Of a stretch of DNA of 45,869 nt, positions 40,507 to 45,869 are shown piece after piece (the first letter of the stretch is position 1; every line of letters starts with the position of its first letter). The DNA comes from a virus. The stretch lies in IMG/VR virus record IMGVR_UViG_3300045988_123909. One strand, given 5' to 3'. The notes beneath the pieces were generated by a model, which was given only the letters and a program-made list of their open reading frames with translations, was not told the DNA's origin and did no database searches. Position numbers and translations under genes: made by a program.

Positions 40507-41993
40507 GCCTGTTGCTGGTTAAGTCGTTGGGATGGTGTTATATCTTCCTGTCTCTGCGGAACCTCGCGGTAGAACCCTAGCCTGCAGCCCTGCTTGTAGA
40601 GTTCCGGGAAGTTCATGCGCAACGCCCAGTTGAGCGGTTCTGCGCAGACTTCGTCCTCTGAGGTGAGCGACATGATGTAGATGAGATAATTATAATAGGT
40701 ATCACTTCCACTCTTCGAGATGACTCCATCTTTATCTACTGCAGATATGGCTGCATCGAGACCTACCGAAGACAGAAGGGCTTGTTCGGTACGCTTGTCG
40801 TAGGAAATGAGCGCCTCGATATATTCCTTATACTTGAGGTCAATGGTTTCCACCTTCCACGACTGTTCGTGTCCCTGGGCATCCATGAAGGAGATAGAAG
40901 AGAAACCTTTGCCCTGGTTGTCTGCACCTGACAGATAGGAGCTGAACTTGCGTACCTCGTCACGAACATACCGGACCATGCACGACTCCTTGAAGTCTGT
41001 ACCGATATCGATACCGTTATACTTCAGCAGTTCCATGCCCTTCGACTTGCGCCGCTTATTTTCCTCGCAAAGCTTGGTCATCTGGGTGCGCTTACTCTGG
41101 ATCCAGGCATTAGGAATAATGACGTGAACCTTTGCAGCCAGCGAGTTTTTCAGAAAACTGTTAATGTATCGGGCAGTCTTGTTGCTACCTTGGATGTACG
41201 GGCGAGCTCCCTGATGCGTCTCGTTTGCTCCGTAGAATTCGTCTACTGATTTCTCTCTGTGATGAGAGATCGCAGCATAACGGTAGTTGTCAACTTCGTT
41301 AAAGCTGAACTTCGGATAAACCGAGTAACTCGATAAGCCATAGGCGAATCGCCCTACTACAACCTGTTTAAAGTCTCCGTACGAAATCAATTCTGAAGCA
41401 ACGTCCTGTCGGGTAGTTGCCAATCTGCAGTAACGGTTCTCCATCGCCTCAAGCGCAGCCACCGGCTTACCCATACCTATCACCTTGCCACGGGTGAAGC
41501 GCCATTTCACGAAGAAGTCGCCAAAGTAATAGAAGTTCTTGATGCACGTCTTGCAGAACTCCTCAACTGAAGGAATGCCACGGGAACTCCAGGAGTCGAG
41601 CCATTCCATTACTTCGGGCTGTTCCTCGTACTTGCGTACCAGCTTGCCGTTCTCAATAGCCTGCTTGTATACGGCCAGACCGTGGCCATAGAGCATCTTG
41701 ATCTCCTTGGAATAGAGACGAGGGAGCAGTCGGTTCTCCTTGATTTCCTTAGTCACTTCGTCGCATTGCTGGTTGTTGTGGCCACGCATCAACACCTGAT
41801 ATCCCTGTATGCCCAGATAGTGATGCTGCTGCATCCAGAGCGTACCACCGAATGGAGACTCCAGGAGTGGTGACTGGAAGAGCTGGTCTGCACCAAAGAT
41901 GGAGTCACCTTCACCTAGCTGGAAGGTGAAGGTATTGCCATCGGCAAGGTAGATGCCGGCGTTGCCATACATGTCTATTTCGTATTCTTTCAT
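40503..41993 (-). CDS. Putative portal protein
   Basis: 496 aa from the ATG at 41993 (MKEYEIDMYG...), coupled by ATGA overlap to the upstream gene. Call rests on size and position after terL; no motif proof. Confidence 0.55.
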   Translation of the reverse strand: MKEYEIDMYGNAGIYLADGNTFTFQLGEGDSIFGADQLFQSPLLESPFGGTLWMQQHHYLGIQGYQVLMRGHNNQQCDEVTKEIKENRLLPRLYSKEIKMLYGHGLAVYKQAIENGKLVRKYEEQPEVMEWLDSWSSRGIPSVEEFCKTCIKNFYYFGDFFVKWRFTRGKVIGMGKPVAALEAMENRYCRLATTRQDVASELISYGDFKQVVVGRFAYGLSSYSVYPKFSFNEVDNYRYAAISHHREKSVDEFYGANETHQGARPYIQGSNKTARYINSFLKNSLAAKVHVIIPNAWIQSKRTQMTKLCEENKRRKSKGMELLKYNGIDIGTDFKESCMVRYVRDEVRKFSSYLSGADNQGKGFSSISFMDAQGHEQSWKVETIDLKYKEYIEALISYDKRTEQALLSSVGLDAAISAVDKDGVISKSGSDTYYNYLIYIMSLTSEDEVCAEPLNWALRMNFPELYKQGCRLGFYREVPQRQEDITPSQRLNQQQA

Positions 41994-42316
41994 AACCAAT
42001 TTATTTTGTGAAGTTTGTATCCATCTTGAGGGAAACCCATGTACCTGATGAGAATCCGGTAGCACATCTTTGGCTCTCCATCTTCGTCTGTATAGAGAAG
42101 GTAGTTCTCTCCATCGATGGCGAAACGTTCCTTCGGCAACTGGGTTCGATACTTGCAATGCCTGCGCACCTGAAGCTTTGCGCTCGCCTCGCCTCTCTGC
42201 CTGGAGTAAGGAAAGAAAACCAGGGTAAACTCCCCATCGGGCAGCTTACTGATTTCCCTGGCCCACTGGAGTGCCGTGATGCCATCCATGATGATGTTCT
42301 TACTTGTCTTGCTCAT
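41990..42316 (-). CDS. Hypothetical protein (108 aa)
   Basis: Start moved to the ATG at 42316 (MSKTSKNII...). Confidence 0.45.
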   Translation of the reverse strand: MSKTSKNIIMDGITALQWAREISKLPDGEFTLVFFPYSRQRGEASAKLQVRRHCKYRTQLPKERFAIDGENYLLYTDEDGEPKMCYRILIRYMGFPQDGYKLHKINWL

Positions 42317-42587
42317 AATGATGCGAAGATAGCGAAAAATTATCGGCCTGCAAAAGACCGGCTGCACCTGTTCCCCGTCATATTTCCGAGAATCGTAAGG
42401 TCTGCACCTCTCTTTCCTTTCCCAGCGGTGCGTGCTCGTTTGGGTAAGGTGTTTTTGGGAGTTTTTCTCCCAGCCGGTCCGCTTGGGCTGATTATCAGTA
42501 TTTTAGCATTTATACCCTTTCATTTTCCGTAAATTATTGATATGCCCGCGAAAATTATTACTGCAGAAATGCAGCATTATTCTGCGT

Positions 42588-44351
42588 CTATATTTCGAAA
42601 TTGTCCGGTAAATCGGTAGGATATGTACTTAATTCCGCCTTCACGGCATCAGAATAAAGGCCGTAAAGCAGGTAAATCATCGCAGAAGGCAGCTGCGTGG
42701 TGAGTCCTGCCTGATTCTTCAGTTGCTGTTTCTTCTCCGAACTCTTATCAAGTTCTATCTTCCCGTCCGTTTTCTTCAGAGGGGATATCATGATGGCAGA
42801 GCAGAGGTTCTTACACTCATTCTCATCGATACGGATGACAGGCAGGAGCGGACTGCGTTCGCCGAAGAGCATCTGACAGAGCTTGAACTGCTGCCAATGG
42901 TATATCGTTGGCGCATCTTCGTTATAGAGTATCACCATGAAGCCATACGACTCCAGGGCAGCCTTCAGATTGAGTGAGTCGGTAGTTATCTGTTCCCGCT
43001 CCTCCCTGCGCTTGTTACCGGCACGGTCTGGATAGAGATAGATAGTCTTATTGGCGGCTGCAGATCCGAAGAACTGGTGCACCTCTGCCACGAGGTCGTT
43101 GTAATCCTTTGGCAGGAAGGCAAAGAACTCCTTGATGATGTCGAGACGCCTACCGTAATCTTTCTTCTGAGCAACGATGAGCGACTGGAAGTTGCCAGGG
43201 TCGTATCCCATGTAGAGCGGTTCGTGAGGGTCGTAATGTAGAAGATACTCTGCCGTAAGGATAAACCTATCCTTCAGATTCAGGCGAAGAATGGACTCAT
43301 ACTTATAGCTATCCTTGAACTGATGCTTTGCGTGGTCGTAGTTAATGAAGAACTTATTGGTTACCTCCTTGTGGCGGATGGCGCAGATAGCCGTGAGGAA
43401 CTCGTCCGTATCAAGAGTATCCAACTGAGTCTTGAAGAACTTAGGGCCTAGGATATCCTTGTTGCAGAAGGAGGATGCACGGATATAGTAGATGGCATTA
43501 CGCCTCATATCTGCCAGACGAGGTTTCCATCTCGCCACGAAGGCATTGAGCTTAACAGACTCAAGGCGCATCTTCTCAAGGAGAACAGGGTCTTTCGAGT
43601 CTCGTTCCTGCTGCTTGAGCACGAACAGGCGGTAGAGACTTCTGTTAACTTCCAGGGCAACGGTTGCAATCTCCTCGATAAGTTTCGGGTTCACCTTCTT
43701 TTCATAATCCTCAAACCAGTCATCTTCGCCGAGGTCGACGCGAGCCGTATCACTCACACCCGTAACACCCTCATAATAAGCAGAGCAGCGCACATTGGCT
43801 GGACCTCCACGTAAAGATGGAAACAGTCGGGTTTTGAGTTTTTCTCCACTATTATGCTTCATTTCTTCAACGAAAGCGTGCACGGCATTTCTACCGGCAA
43901 CAGATTCCGGCTGGTCGCTTGATACGAGCTGAAGGTGGGCGCCATTTCGGAATATCACGCTATGCTTAGCATAGGCTATCGGATATCGGGGTTTCCGGAA
44001 GTGGGAAGGCAGCGTGCTCTCTCCTACTACGTAATCAATACCATATTCCAGCATGGATCTCTGTTGCCCGTTCACTACTACCTGACGCGAGAAGTATGCC
44101 TGTATGTTTGGCCAGACGTTGGTCATCAGCGCCACGTAGGTTTTGTGAACCAGGAAGGATAGCTCTCCCGGCATATCGTTGGCAACACGTATCAGGCGAG
44201 GACCCGTCACACCTTCGGTCTTACCTCCGGCACGGGCAACCTCGGCAAAAAGCATGTTGGGGTCGATGATGTTGGCAAGCAGCTGCATGTTGTTCATGTA
44301 GTAATGCTCGAATTCACCGAGTGTATTATCATTCAAAATCAGTTGGCTCAT
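42588..44351 (-). CDS. terL: Terminase large subunit
   Basis: Walker A-like VARAGGKTEGV near the N-terminus, about 587 aa. The C-terminal half is consistent with a nuclease domain. The track start at 44354 is GTG; the ATG at 44351 is preferred. Confidence 0.8.
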   Translation of the reverse strand: MSQLILNDNTLGEFEHYYMNNMQLLANIIDPNMLFAEVARAGGKTEGVTGPRLIRVANDMPGELSFLVHKTYVALMTNVWPNIQAYFSRQVVVNGQQRSMLEYGIDYVVGESTLPSHFRKPRYPIAYAKHSVIFRNGAHLQLVSSDQPESVAGRNAVHAFVEEMKHNSGEKLKTRLFPSLRGGPANVRCSAYYEGVTGVSDTARVDLGEDDWFEDYEKKVNPKLIEEIATVALEVNRSLYRLFVLKQQERDSKDPVLLEKMRLESVKLNAFVARWKPRLADMRRNAIYYIRASSFCNKDILGPKFFKTQLDTLDTDEFLTAICAIRHKEVTNKFFINYDHAKHQFKDSYKYESILRLNLKDRFILTAEYLLHYDPHEPLYMGYDPGNFQSLIVAQKKDYGRRLDIIKEFFAFLPKDYNDLVAEVHQFFGSAAANKTIYLYPDRAGNKRREEREQITTDSLNLKAALESYGFMVILYNEDAPTIYHWQQFKLCQMLFGERSPLLPVIRIDENECKNLCSAIMISPLKKTDGKIELDKSSEKKQQLKNQAGLTTQLPSAMIYLLYGLYSDAVKAELSTYPTDLPDNFEI

Positions 44352-44991
44352 CACTTAGATCCTCCACTATTTCCGCTTCCTGAATATCAGCATCACGAAG
44401 CAATCGTTTCTTTTCTGAACTCTCGATAGGCAAACCATCGATGAGAGATATGTAAAAACCGCGGTTGTACTTGCCGGCAATTTCCTTGAGGTTCTTTTTC
44501 TGAAAACCTAATTCTTCCGGGGTAACTTCTGGAGTAATGAGGAACACAACTCCGAGATCTCTATCCGCCTCTGCCTGTTCGGACGCACGTCTGCGGCATT
44601 CCAGGGCTTGATCCATACAGGCTTTCTGCATTTTATAGTCGCGCTTGGCAGAACAGAGCTTGGCAAGGTCCTCGTACTTGTTGGCAAAATCATTTTCCCA
44701 GACTTTTATGGCCACATTGCAATCTACATTAAAGTAAGATATTGCCTGATTGATACGAGTCATACAGGTGCGCACATCGAGGGATATCTTCTGCTGCGAA
44801 GCAATGCGCTGCTTGAGCTGGCGGGCGCCACGGGTAATATTACGTTCATACTCGTAGATTTCGGCTGCCCATTGCAGCTGCTTCAGAAAGGTCTGTACAT
44901 CCTCTGGAATGCCTTTACCCTCACCTGTAGTCAGAAAGGTGGTAATGAGGTCTGGATGAACGCTCTCCAGCTTTTCTATCTCGCTTTTCAT
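44329..44991 (-). CDS. Putative terminase small subunit
   Basis: 220 aa, helical, overlapping the terL start. The call rests on position only. Confidence 0.4.
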   Translation of the reverse strand: MKSEIEKLESVHPDLITTFLTTGEGKGIPEDVQTFLKQLQWAAEIYEYERNITRGARQLKQRIASQQKISLDVRTCMTRINQAISYFNVDCNVAIKVWENDFANKYEDLAKLCSAKRDYKMQKACMDQALECRRRASEQAEADRDLGVVFLITPEVTPEELGFQKKNLKEIAGKYNRGFYISLIDGLPIESSEKKRLLRDADIQEAEIVEDLSDEPTDFE

Positions 44992-45194
44992 ACGCCAAAC
45001 AACTCCTTTCTAAGTTTCAGTTCTTCGCGATCCTGCATCCGCTCACTCAACAGTTTGATGGCATCGAGGTCGCCGTTTGCTGCCAGTTCGGCTATCTTCT
45101 CGTCTGCCTTGAGTTGAGCCTGTTCTAGTACACCTCCGTTCTTCACCATCGAAACGCAGGTTTCTGCAATCTTTTGTAATTCCGTCTTATCCAT
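44988..45194 (-). CDS. Hypothetical small protein
   Basis: The track start at 45215 is GTG. The ATG at 45194 (MDKTELQ...) overlaps the upstream stop as ATGGATAA. Confidence 0.4.
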   Translation of the reverse strand: MDKTELQKIAETCVSMVKNGGVLEQAQLKADEKIAELAANGDLDAIKLLSERMQDREELKLRKELFGV

Positions 45195-45624
45195 CTGATT
45201 TATCTGATTTGTCACTATACTGTTCCATTACCATCTTGAACATGCGTTCACGTTCCTGATGCCGCTGGAGATTCTCACGGTCGCTGGCACGTTTGTCCTT
45301 ACGGTCGTCTCTTTTAATATAACTCTTATAGCGCTTGATATTGTCGAGCACGTTCTTATGCTTATGAAGAAACTCGGCGGGGTCCTTCTTGAAGAGCTTC
45401 ACGAGTTCATTGAATTCAGACTTGCCCCTCAGCAATGGATGCTTATACAGGAACTTGCCGGTATCGTTGTACGCCTTCAGTTCGTCGAATGCCTGAAGGT
45501 TACGGATGCGGAGTTCCGCCATGGCAGCCACATCATTCGCCTTCGGTTTCTTATCCAGGAGTTCGTCGAGTTTCTTCATCTTGCGCCATGTGTTGATGCG
45601 GTCGTTATAAATGACGGTCGCCAT
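45187..45624 (-). CDS. Hypothetical basic protein (145 aa)
   Basis: The track start at 45630 is GTG; the ATG at 45624 (MATVIYND...) is preferred. Confidence 0.45.
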   Translation of the reverse strand: MATVIYNDRINTWRKMKKLDELLDKKPKANDVAAMAELRIRNLQAFDELKAYNDTGKFLYKHPLLRGKSEFNELVKLFKKDPAEFLHKHKNVLDNIKRYKSYIKRDDRKDKRASDRENLQRHQERERMFKMVMEQYSDKSDKSDG

Positions 45625-45686
45625 CTGCACGTCCTCGTTATAGAGGTTATCCCAGTCGATGTTAGGATATTCCGCTTCTTTTTGGA

Positions 45687-45869
45687 CTACTTTTTTTTTG
45701 AGTCCTCACCAGGGGCGGCAGTATCTGGCTGTTCTGATTCCTGTTGGTTTTCGCCTTCAGGAGTTTCTTCTTCGGTTGAAGTATTACTTGAGCCATCTGC
45801 AGGTATCTGTTCTTCTTCAGCTGAAGTATTACTTGAGCCATCTGCAGGTATCTGTTCTTCTTCAGCTGA
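45687..45869 (-). CDS. Acidic tandem-repeat protein, C-terminal part (continues from 1..410 across the window junction)
   Basis: Hand translation: ...SAEEEQIPADGSSNTSTEEETPEGENQQESEQPDTAAPGEDSKKK, with stop TAG at 45689-45687. Confidence 0.55.
   Translation of the reverse strand, partial: SAEEEQIPADGSSNTSAEEEQIPADGSSNTSTEEETPEGENQQESEQPDTAAPGEDSKKK

Larger units (their letters stand above)
1..45869. mobile_element. Complete or near-complete temperate tailed-phage genome, circularly closed assembly (77-nt terminal identity)
   Basis: Terminase, portal, protease, capsid, tape measure, fibres, lysis, integrase, CI/Cro and primase-helicase are all present. Window positions 1-77 are identical to 45793-45869. 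Confidence 0.85.

Noticed and set aside
40503-42158. N-terminal extensions of several track ORFs: portal to 42158, protease to 4521, the 134-aa ORF to 4895, the 185-aa ORF to 31595, and GTG starts at 44354, 45215, 45630, 19306 and 10475
   Set aside because: The extensions overlap upstream genes or begin with non-ATG codons, while an in-frame ATG with typical stop-start coupling lies just downstream. The shorter forms were used.
42008-42532. 174-aa plus-strand ORF across the terL-downstream gap
   Set aside because: More than half of it overlaps the well-supported 108-aa and portal genes on the other strand. It is proline- and leucine-rich with no promoter box.

Overview
The window looks like one complete temperate, long-tailed phage genome of about 45.8 kb. 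The host is probably in Bacteroidota: canonical TAnnTTTG -7 promoter boxes recur (three with TTTG about 20 nt upstream), Shine-Dalgarno sites are largely absent, and there are DUF5053-like and DUF2335-like genes. The first 77 nt are identical to the last 77 nt. Both edges fall inside a 45-bp coding tandem repeat, so the record is most likely a circular or circularly permuted assembly, and one ORF wraps across the edges.

Almost every gene is on the minus strand. Reading the minus strand from the high coordinates:
- putative small terminase, terL and portal (45.6-40.5 kb), then three unknown virion genes
- a lysis cassette of holin, GH73 endolysin and a membrane protein (38.0-36.3 kb)
- a 6.5-kb accessory 'moron' island of small cassettes, each with its own promoter and terminator (36.3-29.8 kb)
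- tape measure and tail or fibre genes (29.8-16.4 kb)
- a complete diversity-generating retroelement, ordered target/VR, avd, TR, RT (16.3-13.5 kb)
- tyrosine integrase and CI-like repressor on the plus strand, with a divergent Cro-like gene
- a LuxR-type regulator and a 1329-aa primase-helicase (11.3-6.1 kb)
- an iteron-rich putative origin (5.4-6.1 kb)
- prohead protease and major capsid (5.4-0.5 kb)

The strongest finding is the DGR. A 113-nt TR and VR differ at 17 positions, and every difference sits at a TR adenine.

The most novel-looking material is in the accessory island:
- two tandem paralogous modules, each pairing a DUF5053-like gene with a 3-TM membrane protein
- near-identical promoter and about 245-bp 3' flanks around diverged coding cores in those modules
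- a convergent promoter-to-terminator unit in each module (candidate antisense sRNA or leader)
- four near-identical terminator hairpins
- a shared promoter-proximal box
- a long structured leader with 3 x 21-bp repeats

All functional calls rest on motifs I recognise by eye. No database search was possible.
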